The notes below the pieces were generated by a model, which had not been told where the DNA came from, searched no databases, and was given only the letters and a program-made list of their open reading frames with translations. Positions 18,341 through 31,900 of a stretch of 55,655 nt of DNA are shown here, in pieces (within the stretch, counting starts at the first letter, position 1; every line of letters begins with the position of its first letter). A program made the translations under genes and the position numbers. Location of the stretch: positions 1 through 55,655 of IMG/VR virus record IMGVR_UViG_3300002913_000001; one strand, given 5' to 3'. Source of the DNA: a virus. Its lineage: Duplodnaviria > Caudoviricetes.

Positions 18341-20593
18341 ATGGGTTGGAATCCGTTTAAGAAAACAGTTACCTACCAGTACTGGAATGTAGCTACTACC
18401 TCGTTAACGGATAAACCTCTACCAGACGGGTTTCACGACTTCGCTATAATCAATGATTCAGTTAACGGTATAGATTATTTCAAAAGTTTAGAATATCTAA
18501 ATTATAATGCAGGTAGTCGTACTAACTATCGACAGATAACTAATAAATTTAGTAAGTATGATTATTACGGAGGCTTTGCTGAAGTAAATATAGGTAATAA
18601 CTATGTACCAGCTAGCCTAGTAAAAGCTAGAATTAATCCAAGTGACCCTAGTGCTGTAACCATAGTAAGTAGTTCAATATCTACTTTAGATTATGCTGGG
18701 TGGGTAGCTACCTATTTAGTTAATGAGTTTGGTCTAAATACAACTACTAATAAGTTCACAACGGATAGCATAGAGTTCTCTGTAGATTTTAGTACAGCGA
18801 ATAGTGTAGATAACACTATTGAGATTACTAACATAGTAGCAGCTAGTACAACTGTATTAGACTTACCCCCAGAACCCGTTGGTAGTTCTTATAATGTTAC
18901 TTATACAATAACCACGACTACTACAGCTGATCCTCCAGTCACTACTGTGTCATCTATACGTACTTGGACATATGAGATAGGTTCAGGGATATACCCGGAA
19001 CTAGATACGTATACTACTCTTCCGGAAAATGACCCTACGGTATTTCAGATAATGCCACCATTGGATATTCGTAAGGATGGTACTTACACTCACGATGACG
19101 CGTCTAGACATGCTGATTACGATGACTATGCTAAATCACTTGGTATAGTGCCTAAAGATATTGCTGACGCTTTCCAAGGTCAATCTGATATGGATAAATT
19201 AGATCATATTACGGTTGGTCAGGGTGTAGATTTAAAAGCTAAAGATAAGCATAGCTTACGTTACTGTATTGATTTTATTACTAAGCTTAAAGGTTTAGCT
19301 GATACACATACATTTAACTATGCTGTTAATGGCACTAATGATAATATCAGCAAAGGATTTAATACACAGAGCACTAGGGGTTACACTGATGCTGCCAACA
19401 GTACATATACAACATCACACAGAAATGTACCCACAGAATTAGTAGACATACCTGGGATAGATTTAGTAGTTTCCTTTAATGACTTTGCCTATGGATTAAC
19501 CTACGCACATATTGATATACAACATCACAGTAAAACCGAAGTAGATGCTAATACTTTTTTAACTGATATACGAGATGCAGACGTAAATGTATCAGACCAT
19601 GGAAGAGTTCAAGGGATAAAGTACAAGTCAGTTATTAATAATAACTTTAGCTTAACGTACACTAATACCGGCGTTACTATTGACAGCGGTGTTTGGGGAT
19701 ACTTAGACTCTATTTTTCAAAACTTAACAACTTCTACAGTATCGTCAATTACGTATTACAGAATAAATAAAGATGACAGTGTAGACAGCTACATGCTGGT
19801 GGCACCAGTAATGTCGCATTACGTAAGAGATGCACAATCTAATCAACATAAACTTGTGTATATAAACCTTGAGTCAGCAGATGCAGATATATACCTACCA
19901 CTAGATTGGCGTATAGTTAAATCATATAATAACCAAGAATTAACATCACTCACCACTAGTAGTATGCACCTTATTATGTATTACGCATACTGGGAGCAAA
20001 AAGAAGTATGGAATTGGGGGCTTATCCTAATTGTCGTAGCTATCATTGTGTATGTATACACAGGTTATGATATTAGTGCGGCTTTAGGAAAGACAGCTGC
20101 ATCATTAGCTACTACCTTAGGAGTAACACTATCTACTGCATACGTAATAATGGCAGTTGCCTATTTAGCTTCTATGGGAGTGTTTGGTGAAGATTACGTA
20201 ATATTAGGCCAGGTGGCTTTATTAGCTATCGGTATGGGCACTAGTACTTCCACTTTAGGTGCTAATGCCTATACAGCTATGAATGCTATACAGGTTATTA
20301 ATATTATGAATACTTACAAGATGCAACATATTATGGATGATGCTGAGGCAATAGAAGCAATGGGACTAACTCAAACACTATTAGCAGAAGAAATACAAGA
20401 TGGTCTAGATGAAGAATATGAAGCTTCTGGATACTACTATAGTGCAATTAATAGAGGGTACATACAGCAAGCCTTAATTAATATACGTAAAGTAGATACT
20501 TTAGAAGCTATGCCTACAGCACAGTACTTCCAGAGGGTATTGAAAACAACTTCACCTAGACACATTTATAGACTACAATACAAATACACATAA
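18341..20593 (+). CDS. N4 gp53-like structural protein with C-terminal TM segments
   Basis: Synteny; hydrophobic stretches from WGLILIVVAIIVYVY onward. Confidence 0.65.
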   Translation: MGWNPFKKTVTYQYWNVATTSLTDKPLPDGFHDFAIINDSVNGIDYFKSLEYLNYNAGSRTNYRQITNKFSKYDYYGGFAEVNIGNNYVPASLVKARINPSDPSAVTIVSSSISTLDYAGWVATYLVNEFGLNTTTNKFTTDSIEFSVDFSTANSVDNTIEITNIVAASTTVLDLPPEPVGSSYNVTYTITTTTTADPPVTTVSSIRTWTYEIGSGIYPELDTYTTLPENDPTVFQIMPPLDIRKDGTYTHDDASRHADYDDYAKSLGIVPKDIADAFQGQSDMDKLDHITVGQGVDLKAKDKHSLRYCIDFITKLKGLADTHTFNYAVNGTNDNISKGFNTQSTRGYTDAANSTYTTSHRNVPTELVDIPGIDLVVSFNDFAYGLTYAHIDIQHHSKTEVDANTFLTDIRDADVNVSDHGRVQGIKYKSVINNNFSLTYTNTGVTIDSGVWGYLDSIFQNLTTSTVSSITYYRINKDDSVDSYMLVAPVMSHYVRDAQSNQHKLVYINLESADADIYLPLDWRIVKSYNNQELTSLTTSSMHLIMYYAYWEQKEVWNWGLILIVVAIIVYVYTGYDISAALGKTAASLATTLGVTLSTAYVIMAVAYLASMGVFGEDYVILGQVALLAIGMGTSTSTLGANAYTAMNAIQVINIMNTYKMQHIMDDAEAIEAMGLTQTLLAEEIQDGLDEEYEASGYYYSAINRGYIQQALINIRKVDTLEAMPTAQYFQRVLKTTSPRHIYRLQYKYT

Positions 20594-20606
20594 TAGGAGA
20601 ACAATT

Positions 20607-21104
20607 ATGAGCACACATTCACCGTTTGGCTATTTTGGGGGTGTAAATCCCTTTAAATGGAATAATGTTGCAAGCAACAGCACAGCAACAAATGGATTCG
20701 TTGATCCACAATCTGCTGATTATGACTTTTCACAGTTAGGTAATACAAGTGTGCAATCCCCAGACTCTGTTCCTGGTTTTGATAGTGGTAGAGGGTTTGG
20801 CGAAACTTCATTAAGTGACAGTTTCAGTTTAGGTTTTAACAAAGGTACATTACAGCTAGGTACAGCAGCATTAGGTGCCTGGAACGGCATTCAACGGAAT
20901 AAAGCAGCTAAAGCAGCTAATGTTATTGCACGTGAAGAGTTAGCTCAAAATGCTAAGTCTTTTGATATTAATAGTGGACTACAGTTAGCTACTATGCAAG
21001 CTGAAGAAGGTAGACGTAATGCTTATGCTGGTGGCTTCTTGGATGACAGTCAACGTTCAGACAGATTCAAGGATTACGATTTACAAAAGCTTAGTGTAGC
21101 ATAG
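20607..21104 (+). CDS. Ejection protein, N4 gp52-like
   Basis: Synteny; Gly/Ala helix then coiled coil; no Cys seen. Confidence 0.6.
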   Translation: MSTHSPFGYFGGVNPFKWNNVASNSTATNGFVDPQSADYDFSQLGNTSVQSPDSVPGFDSGRGFGETSLSDSFSLGFNKGTLQLGTAALGAWNGIQRNKAAKAANVIAREELAQNAKSFDINSGLQLATMQAEEGRRNAYAGGFLDDSQRSDRFKDYDLQKLSVA

Positions 21105-21112
21105 GGGTAGTT

Positions 21113-22906
21113 ATGTATAACTGGAAGAACGTACAATACGCAAATAGCTCAGGCATTCTAAGTGCCATGGCTGAGAATGATAAACAAGCTGCTGCAGGAA
21201 GACAACAGATAGTAGATTCTATTACAGGATTCGGTGATGCATACTCTGAGCTACAGACAGGTAAAGCTACCGCTGCTTTAGCCGGCGCTAGTACTCCAGA
21301 ACAAGCCCAAGATATCTTCAATCAATACCAACAAGGCGCTAACGGTTTTGTAGATCAAACTGCTTTAGCTGAAAATTTCCGTACTCAAACTAAAGAATTT
21401 AGAGATATAAGGGAGTCTGACGCTAACATGGCGTATAAGAATTCTCAATTAGATGTATCTAAGGCTAATCTAGCAATTAAACAAGGTGAGTTAGACTTTC
21501 GGAATAGGGCACAAGGTCACTTAGAGACTATGTTTGATGCTAGTGGTGACGCTGCTCCTTCTAGTAATGGTACGGATTACTCTAGTAATAAGACCTTTGG
21601 TACTGTAATGGGTACTTTTAATAAAGGTAACTACGGTAAAGCACAAGTCAATGATACTATGGGTAAAGCTGCCGGTGTTGATTATAATTTTGGTGGCTTA
21701 TACTCTACCAAGAGATCAGCAGGGGTTATCCCGTTATTAACACAAGCTATCCAACGTAGTAGTGAGCTTAGTGGTACTGAGAGAGATGCACACCGTACTG
21801 GTGTATTACAAGACATTACTACCAGTGGTTTCCAACCAGAATTTAATGCTGAACTGAAGAAGCAATTCTTAGAGGGCATTAAGACTAACCGTGCTGAAGA
21901 AACTCATGTCACAACACGTGATCAGAAGAACTACATGACTAATGTAGCTAAAGAAATTAATAACTCTGAAACTATACCTCAAACTTTAGAGGAATGGAAG
22001 AATAAGTTTTCAGAAATTTCTCTGAAAGGTAATATGACTAAAGCTGATGCAGCTAAGAAGTTTCTACCGCAGTTAACTGGATCTGTACGTGAACTTATTA
22101 AGCAGTATTATCAAGAGGAACTCTACGTAGCTCCTGATGGCCAACCTAAAGGTAAGATACATAAACCTGGTTCTTCAGATGATAACTTCGCTTTAGAGAT
22201 CATTCAGAATAGGAGTATGCAAACAGGTATATCACAATTTGTTCAGTCTTTGGGTTTAGATAAAGCTACAAATGAAACTATCCTGAATTCTTTAAATGAA
22301 AACTTAGGTGTAACATCGCTACAAAAGAGCAGAAAAACTACTTTTGATGCGGCTGTAGAAGCAAAAGCTAAGTACGAGAAGGAAAAAGAAAAGGATATCT
22401 TTACTCTTAATAATAATACTGACTTTAACAAAATGTTAGGTCCTGTAGATAAATACCAAGGCGCACACGAAGATGTGGGCGAAGCTTTCAACCTGTTACA
22501 ACAAGATGGTGATCTACACGCAGCAGGTTTCTTAAATAACAAAGATATCTTTTATAAAGAGATGCGTTACTTTAACCCAGGAGCAGATAACGATACATTC
22601 GGTGCTGATACAGGTTCATCAATGACTGGCGACTTTGAAATAGGTACTATGGCTAAACAGTCAGGTGACCTTAGAGACTATAGCTTAGGCCGTACAGCCC
22701 CAGACTTATTAACAAGACTTAAAAATCATAACAAAGATGAAAAGTCACCAGACCATGTAACTGTTGAAGAAATAAAAGCAGCACAATGGCGTACTGATGA
22801 ACCTACAGAAGTGGCTCTAATAATGAAAATCGTATCTTTACAGGCGTTAAAGCTACGTAATGCAACGGAAAGTGCATTTGACAATGCAATTAGAAACTAT
22901 AAATAA
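21113..22906 (+). CDS. Ejection protein, N4 gp51-like
   Basis: Directly before vRNAP; N-terminal NWKNV; no Cys seen. Confidence 0.6.
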   Translation: MYNWKNVQYANSSGILSAMAENDKQAAAGRQQIVDSITGFGDAYSELQTGKATAALAGASTPEQAQDIFNQYQQGANGFVDQTALAENFRTQTKEFRDIRESDANMAYKNSQLDVSKANLAIKQGELDFRNRAQGHLETMFDASGDAAPSSNGTDYSSNKTFGTVMGTFNKGNYGKAQVNDTMGKAAGVDYNFGGLYSTKRSAGVIPLLTQAIQRSSELSGTERDAHRTGVLQDITTSGFQPEFNAELKKQFLEGIKTNRAEETHVTTRDQKNYMTNVAKEINNSETIPQTLEEWKNKFSEISLKGNMTKADAAKKFLPQLTGSVRELIKQYYQEELYVAPDGQPKGKIHKPGSSDDNFALEIIQNRSMQTGISQFVQSLGLDKATNETILNSLNENLGVTSLQKSRKTTFDAAVEAKAKYEKEKEKDIFTLNNNTDFNKMLGPVDKYQGAHEDVGEAFNLLQQDGDLHAAGFLNNKDIFYKEMRYFNPGADNDTFGADTGSSMTGDFEIGTMAKQSGDLRDYSLGRTAPDLLTRLKNHNKDEKSPDHVTVEEIKAAQWRTDEPTEVALIMKIVSLQALKLRNATESAFDNAIRNYK

Positions 22907-22933
22907 CATGAACTAAACAATAGGAAAAATTCC

Positions 22934-25900
22934 ATGGGTATACTAGATGATGGCTCTTGGTCAGATATCGGTACCACTTCGCAGACGAAGTCAGCCGACC
23001 TTTTTGACAAAGCAGTACAGAAACAAGCAAACATACACAGAAAAGCAGCAGGATTAAAATCTCAACGAGAAGTACAAGGTGTACAACCAATCCTTGATGA
23101 GGGTGTTAACTCCTTTACGTATGATAATGTTAATAGTGCAAGAAATGATGGTGACTCTCATGGAGCAACTACCGATGAAGGCTACGATCACGGCCAACGT
23201 TTTAAATATAATGACACACCCGAAACAAAAAATTTAACCGCTTCACAACGTGCCACCCAGTATCCTTGGGCAGCATCGTATTACGGCATCCCTTTAGAAC
23301 GTGTTACTGATGAGCTAATCTACGCATCAGGCAGAATGTCGACTGATAGAAAAAATGCACTAATATCTGAAGGTCAAGGTACACTAACTGAAGAAGGCTT
23401 TGTAGAACGTTCACCTGCTGATATGCAACCCGTATACGATAAAGACGGTGAGTTGATCTCGGGCATGGAACCTCAGTGGTACCGTATTGAAGGTGAGAGT
23501 ACCTATGATCCCGCATCTACTAGGTATAAGGGTGATAAACGAATTAAGTTTGATTCAGTAACTAACCCATACACTGGGGTAGATGTTATTGAGGCTATGA
23601 ACACACCTGAGCATAACGTTAGGTGGTTTAACGATAACCCTAGACAGAATGCTATACGTGAAGCTTATGATGCAGAACATGGCACTGCTAAAGGCGCAGG
23701 TACTCTACCTTCACTTGTTCAAGTTAAAGCTAACCGTAAGTATGGTTTTGACGTATTCCGTCCTAAGGATGCATCTAACCCAACACACACCGGCTTCAGA
23801 AAGAATAACCTAAATGAGGTTGATGCTAAACGTCTAGCAGATTTAGCTAATAAACACCCTGAGGCTACTTTAGACGAGCTAATGGGTTCTACTGTAAGCA
23901 ATTCCTTAGCCAAATTTGGACAATCTACCTTAAACATTACTGGTGACTTGGCTCAAGGTGCATCCCGTCCTGTACGGGCAGCTCTAGAGTTTGATACTGA
24001 TCTAAAAGAATTGACTAAGAAACGTTTTCAGCATGGCACAGCTTTCATGCCTAAAACTGATACAGATCACAAGATAAAGGATTACTACTTTGATGAGAAT
24101 GCGCAAATTTCGGGTATTAACTTAGACAGAGCTCATGATCGATTCTTAGATTTATCAGAAAGAAGTAGATCACAGTTCTCTGCCGAAGACACAGAGTTCT
24201 ACGATAGCTTTTTAGGTAAGTCATTCCAAGATGCAAATGAAACTGTAGTTGCTGCTAAATGGCGAGCAGCAGCCTCTAAAGAAACAGCTGAACAGATTGA
24301 TGCATATTCTAAGTTACTTGATGATGTAGTAATCCGTACTATGCGTGCACAAAGAGAAGATGCCCGTTTTACTAAAACATACCAGAGCATTGCACATAAT
24401 GAAGATGGTAGTGCTAAAGACTTAAGCTATAAAGCTTTAGGTGCTATTACAGCATTTTCTGAAATGTACGCTAATGACCCTACACAAGCCCCTATAGATT
24501 TCTTTACGAATCTACCTTACATGGTAGGTTTGGTATACACAGGAGTACCAGGAGCAGCCGCGTTAATATCAGCTAAAGACGAAGATTTGGTAGCTGAATG
24601 GCAAGAGATGAACCCAGGCAAAACTCAGACTAGTGAAGAGCGCTTTATTACAGCTGGTAGTTCGGCGTTAGCAGTAGGTGCAGAATACTTTGGTGACCGT
24701 TTTATTCTTAAAGGTAAGCTAGAAGTACTACAAAAAGCCATGGATAGAGTGGCTGTAAAGTCTAATATACTGACTAAAGCAGTAGTTAAAACTGGTGAGT
24801 ATGCTACAAAGGGTGCTGTAAGTACAGTTGTTGAAGGAGCATCTGGTGGTACCACAGAGTTTGCTGAGCAATACGCTGTAGAGCAAGATCTCACTAAGAT
24901 AGATGATACTAAGGTGTCTTTATCAGCTGCACATGAAGCAAGAGCTGGTAGTGCTGGTGGTGTGATCATGGATGCAGGACGTGATGTTCTACCTAGTGAT
25001 GTTAATACAAACAAAGTTAAGCTAGATAAGCGTAATGATATTCTAAAAAATGATAAGCTTACCGACCAACAGCGAGCTAGAGTAGTTAAGAGCAGAGATA
25101 AGACTATTCAGAATCTTATAGGTCAACGTCACAAGATTAAGCTTAAAGACATTGATACGGTAGTGGGTCTAACCAATATACCAGAGAAGATCAAAAAGTC
25201 CCTTAAACAGCTTATTTCGAAGAATGAATTAGAAGATACAGACCTTGACGCATATCTTGATGAGCTAAATACTATTGCTCAATTTTCTAACGCTATTACA
25301 GGTGAATCAGGTACTACTATAGAAGACAGCCAAACATTGCTGGACATTCTTAAGAATAAACCTGAAGAAGAAATTGTAGACCCCACAAATCCTAAAGATG
25401 CCAAAGAAGCTTTAGCCGGTCATTACAGACTAATTACTGCTTTAGAGAAAGGTATTGCTGAGCATAATAGACGTGCACAGATAGATGTTATCTTAGCTCA
25501 AGTTACTGATGTAGACTCAAGTGATGCACTCACTATAACAGTACTGAATAATGCTAGAAAGAATGCTATTGCATATACTAAAGCAAATGCTGCAGACAAT
25601 ATTCAATACATTAAAGATGACTATAAGGAGCTTACTGGTAAGTATCCTGAAAATACAGCTACGTATATAAAAAGAGAAGCTGAACAGATTGCAAACGAAG
25701 AACAAATTCTTGCAGATGAACTAATTAGACTTAATACGCCTATTGCTAAGACGCTTGATAAAGCTAAGGTAACAGCTGTTAATAGTGAAAGTGCCAATAC
25801 AAGTTTCAAGCCTGTTGGTGGTATAGATGTAACCCATCCAACATATAATGCGCAGTCTGAGGTAGATCAGATACTAGATAAAGGTATCAAGACTATTATT

Positions 25901-28900
25901 AAAGACCCTGAGTTAAGTAAAAACTTACTCATACACAATAGTAATTTAGATATACAGATTAAAAATCTAATTAAAGCAGGAAATACAGAGGATGCTGCTA
26001 TATTACAAGGGCAGAGAAAGTCTTATGATGAGATTGTAGCTGCTATACGTAAAAAAGTAACAGACGAAAAAACAAGAACAGAAGTCGTACCGACTGAAAC
26101 AGAAGAAGTACTTTTCTCCATTGACCCATCTACATTAGATAGTAATGAATTAAATAACTTAGATGATTCTAAGTTAACAGAAGAACAACTAGAACTTAAA
26201 CGGTTACAGCTAGAGCGTAGTGCATTAAATTCTGAACGTGCTGATAAAAATGTAGCAGACGTTCATGAAGAAATCATGTTTGGTGATAACGATACTAAAC
26301 GAAGTTTTACTTACTATGAAGGTCAAGCTAACGATGCCATGACTGGCACTGAGCGTAACCAGTTAGGTAAATTTGTTCAACATATGAACAAAAAATCTGA
26401 AGTACTGAGTGGTGCGTATAACCAAGTAATTTCAGGTACTCCTAATATGGAGATTGAGGTAGATGCAGCCCCTGCAATAGACTATGTTAAAGAAAGTGCA
26501 AATGAGCTTAATAAAATAAGCAACTATTTACACGGAGCTATTGACCGTGAAATGAGTGGTATGTTCGCAAGTATGATGAAAGGTACTGCTCATCAGATGC
26601 TTAACAAAGAACTCAGCCAATTTAGTAATTTAGATAACATAACTGAAAACAGTCTTAAAGGCATGCGTTCAATGATGCTTGATAAGATGCAAGGGCAAGT
26701 TTCAAATAAAAACATAGCAGAGTACGTTAAGGCCTTTGATGCGTACGCACAGGGTGTATTAAATATGCAAAAGGCGAAAGCCTTAGGTACGAATACTGCT
26801 AGTAAAACAACTAAAAAAGTTGCAGCACAAGTTATCTGGATTAAAAAGGATGACTTAGACGCCGCACCTATACTACAAGCTGTTGAATACGTAGATAACC
26901 CTGCTGGCCTTGAATATGAGAATTTAGAAAACCCTGAGCAAGTAACTAGTCACTACAAAATACACCGTAACAGTGGTAATTTGATAGAGGCTATTAAAAA
27001 AGAAGCTGAATACGGTGTAGTTACTGAGCAAGTTATTAATAAAATTCTTGATGGTAAACAGGCCATTACAGATCAAAATGCTGATAGATTTAGTGCAGAT
27101 GAAATTACTGCTATTGAGAACGCTTTACCAACAGAAATGTCAGACTTAGATGTACAAACACTAAATACTGGTGAAATATTAGATGACACAACTGAAACTG
27201 CCGAACCAGTCGAAGTCGTACAGACGGAGTCTGTAGAGACTGAGACGGTTGAAACTACACCTGTTCCTGAAGTAAAAGTTGAAACTAAAGTTGAAGTAAA
27301 ACCTACTACTAAAACAGAAGAAGTTAAACCTGCAGAATTTCCAGTTACCATAGGTAAACAGGAACTAGTTATTAAAGGTGCTAAAGTATATAGTGCTAAG
27401 TCGGGTAAAGAGGTAACAGTACAACGTACTGTTAACAGAGCATTTGGTGTTAAAGCACACAATGAAGGTAGAGCTGTTAATGTTACTTACAAAGATAAGA
27501 GTTACTTAGTTAATGATAAAGGCGTTATCTTAACTAAAGCTAAAACTAATTCTGGCAATATCGTACACACTAAAGAAGATAGCGTTCGAGCTGGGATCCT
27601 AGAGGCTGCTAATCAAGTATTCATCCAGAAAGGTTCACCTATTAGATTAGTTGAACAAGTAGACATTGCTGAAGTGATAGTTGAAGATGCACAACAAACT
27701 AAAGCTAATGCGGTAGAACTTAATAAGGTACCTGTAGTAAAAGCTAAAGCAAAGCCTACTGAAAGTAAAAAAGTAGTTGTTGAAACTGAAGTAATAGCTG
27801 AGATTACTAAAGTAAATACTGATGGTACTGTAGGTATCCCAGGTAACTCTATCATCAAACAGTACGATGGTAAGTTTCCAAATATCTCTAGCCAAAGCGG
27901 TGAAGGTAACATTACTAACCACTTTGGAACTAAGAATAAAAAACGTGAGTCTGTATTCACACTTAGTAAGTCTGGTGGTGTATCCATAGATACTATTAAG
28001 AGTAGCAGCGAGGTATTAGTAGCTAAAGTGAATCAGAAGCTTCAAGAAAAAGGACAAGATCCGATTGATGCTAACCCTATGTATCTAGAAATCCTAGGTA
28101 ATACTGTTACAAATTTTAAAAAGGATTATGCAGCAAAAGGCCCTAAAATAGCTACTACTGCGGGTGTTTCAGTAACTAAATCACTAAAAGCATTCCATGT
28201 AAAAGATTCGCAAGGTAAGTACACATTACCTGATGAGGTATTTCTAGCTGCGGCTATCACAGGCCTGCAATGGTTGAGTGAGAATTCAGGTAGATTAAAT
28301 AGTAAAGATGACACCCAGGTTAAAGGTTTCTTGGGTTTAGATAGTAAAGAAAAACTTTCAAATACAGAACGCGCCACTGTAGAAGATATGGGTTACATTT
28401 TCCCAGATGCATCAGGTAGATTAGGTAAACAGATATTAGAAGCACTAAACATAAAAGCTTTACGAGATACTGAGTACGTACTGAAAAGAGGTGAAGCTAC
28501 TGTAAGCCCGGAACACACCCAAGAAAGTGTGGAAATGGCTCTAGGTATGTTAGCGCTAACAATGTTATCTAGCATTGATGCTAGCACTATTGAAACTCGT
28601 TTTAACCCAGGTAGTGGTCCGCTTATTAACATGCAGAATGTTAAGTTAACTGACTTACCTATTAGAAGTAATATAGATAGCGAAACACTCATAAAAGATG
28701 CAGAGGGTAATACTATCGACCCTGCAGAGGGTAATTTCCTAATGGATGAGACAGGTAACTTTATTAATACCTTTGTTGATAAATACGGTAATGTCAAAGA
28801 AGTATCTCACCCTATGTCCAAAAAGTCATTTACTACTTTACGCCTTAATGATAGCATTACAAGTGCATCTAATAAGAAAGAAGAAAATAATGCTTTAAAA

Positions 28901-31900
28901 CAGTTCATCCAGTTTATTAGATCACAGTCTAGTCATGCAGAAGCATTATTAGGACATAACATCAGTAAAAATGGTGTGTTCAGCAAACCTGTACTTGAAG
29001 TACAAACAAATATGCGAGGTAGCCTATCTAAGGTTAGTACTAGACGTCAGGCATTAATGAAGCGCTTACAAAGTATCCCTCAACAAGGTAAAGTTGGTGA
29101 ATTAGCCTTATGGAATAGTTTAAGTCTTGAAGCACAGCAACACATATCTGGTGTTACAGATGTGGATACTAAACACATTACACGTAGAGATTCTTTTACC
29201 GCGTCTAATAAAGCACTTCTTCAAGAGATTGATATTATCAATATGTATGATAATGCAGTATTCTATTATCAGTATGGTGTCCAGAAGCAAGGCCGTATGA
29301 TGATTAAGAGTTCAGGCATTAACCCTATGAACAGTAAGATTCATAGACACTTAGTGGCAGCTAAGTCTAATCCTACTACTGTAACTGCTAAAGACACAGC
29401 TATGCGTAATATCTTTAAGATAGCAGTAGCTGCAGCATTTGGAGCTCCTATTGATAAACAAGGAGCACAGAAGTCTATTGATGATTTTGCAGACATAATG
29501 GGCAACCCTGTTGTAGCAACTGCTTTAGATATCTTGAGAGATCCTGAACAAGCTGCTCTACATGAAGAAGCTATTTTATCTGTACACGAATTTATTCAGG
29601 TAGATCCAGCAGGCAATGAAACTAAACCTTATGCTAATAAGGTGCACTTACTAGAAGGCTTAGCCGCATTACTCGCGTATTCAGAAGGTAATTTCAAAAC
29701 AGATATTACTGTAGAAATCGATGGTATTACTAATGGTTACGCTATTAGTTTATTACAATTCGGCGGTAAGAACCTTAAACAAGCACTGGCACAAGTAGGT
29801 GTATCTTTAGGTAATGCAGAAGACTATGGTACTTGGTTAGCTGACCCAAGCAACATCGATGTGTATCTTTCTCTAGCTAAAGAGATGAATGCACAACGTA
29901 ACAGTGCATCTATTGTTGAATACTATGAAAAAGCTTATACAGATCCGAGTACAGGTGAATTAAAGTACCCTAAAGGGTTACTCGCTGTAATGGAACGTTT
30001 AACTAAGTCTGTTAATGGTAAACCTGTGGTCAACACTAACGCATTTATCTCATTAGATAGGATTGATGGCGAGATTAAAAACAAAGAGGGTGACCTAACT
30101 AAGTTTGCAAGAGATTTAGCCAAAGACCCGTTAATGACCACTAACTATAGTGCTCAACTAAATACGGTACTAGGTAAGATGACTAAAAGTGCTATTGAGT
30201 CTATGTATGACAAGATGGCTAAAATCCAACTAGAATACGACACAGGTGATAAGGGCAAAGCAGAAAAATCAGCAAAAGATTTAGGTAATGCTATTGGTTT
30301 ATTCTTAGGATTTGAAGTAGGTACTGTTAATCTAGTAGCTGAGTTAGCACAAGGTAATCTAAAGAACTATAAATTACACCCTACAGATATAAATAAGCTA
30401 ATGTCTGCAATACGTTATATCTACAAACCATCATTAGATGCAGGCCTTACCAAGATATTAGGTAAAGAAGGTGATGTTAGTACTTTACGTGGACGTAAAA
30501 CACTAGTAACTCGAGGCTATGAGTGGATTTACACAGGGTATGTTGAAGCCTATGAAGATGGTGTTACAGGGTTAGGTGTTAAACACCCAACGAGAGAGCA
30601 GAAAAGAGAAGTAGCACGTAGCTTACAGGGTACTTATTACCCAAAATATCAATCTGCATGGGATGACACAGGCGAAAACGAAACGTTTATCGACATTCTT
30701 ACAAGCAAACAAGTAGACAGTACTGAAACAATTCAGTATGAGTATGCTATGCCTGGGTATACGACTTACTACAAAGGAGCAAAACCACTAAGTGAGTCTG
30801 CTCGTAAGTCTAAAGATGCTAAAACACGTAACACTACGTTGTCTACCACTGAACCAGATAGCCCAGGTGCTAAGGCTATCGTTAATGCAACACAAAGTGT
30901 TGATGCTGATTCTATGGGTACAGTTTCTGAAGTGTTAGAGTTCTTAACATTATATGATGCTGGAATATTCTCTATTAAAGATTTACAGCAAGGTAAAGAA
31001 TTGTATAACGATGTGTTCATCAACATGAACCTGGCGCATAACTTTATGGAAGTTACGATAGAGAATATGAAGAAGCTTCAAAAACTCTTAGCTAAAGACC
31101 CAGACAGAGCAAAAGCTGTTGCTGAGCGTTACTTTAAAGAGTCGCATGAAACTAAACATTTACCTTTTGATTCACCAATAAGAGAGGAAGTTACATTATC
31201 TGCTGCAATTACATCTTTAGAAGATGCCTTAAGAAACGTTAAACGTGAGTTACTACTTCTTGAGGGTTTAAACAAAGTTACAGAAGAAGTTGTTAAAAAA
31301 GATGGAACAACAGAGACACTGACACACTACCCGAATGTTTACCAGTTAAACTGGCCAGACGTCAGTAAGGTTACAGATAACGCAGATACACATTATTCGT
31401 TAAAAGCGAATATAGGTGCCCAAGTACATAGAATGTTCTACACAGAAGGTAGTGCTAAGAACGTCAGTGACCTGTTTGACTTCTTCGGCAATAGAGCTAA
31501 AAAGTTCTATCATTCGCCTGAAGCGTACGCAAAAGAAACAAGACAGTTGGGCGAGGTAATAGATAAATTAATCTTACCTGCTGTAGGTATTTTAGATAAC
31601 CTATCTATTGAAGGACTTAGTGCTAAAACCTTTGCTCATGGTAAATACGAGCCAGGAAAAACTAAAGTTACAGTTACAGCAAATAAAAGTAAACCTGAGA
31701 CTTATTCTGAATCTACAGGACAAGAGGTGTACGTTCATGAGTTAGTTCATGCTATTACACAGGTAGGTATTGAGCACGACTCTGCTATAAGACCAGAGCT
31801 ACAACGTATATATAACTACTTAAGAAAAGAAGTTACTGTTAATGATTTCTTAGACCCACACACTCTCAAAAGTGAGCAAGCAGAAAAAGAGGCAGCGCAG

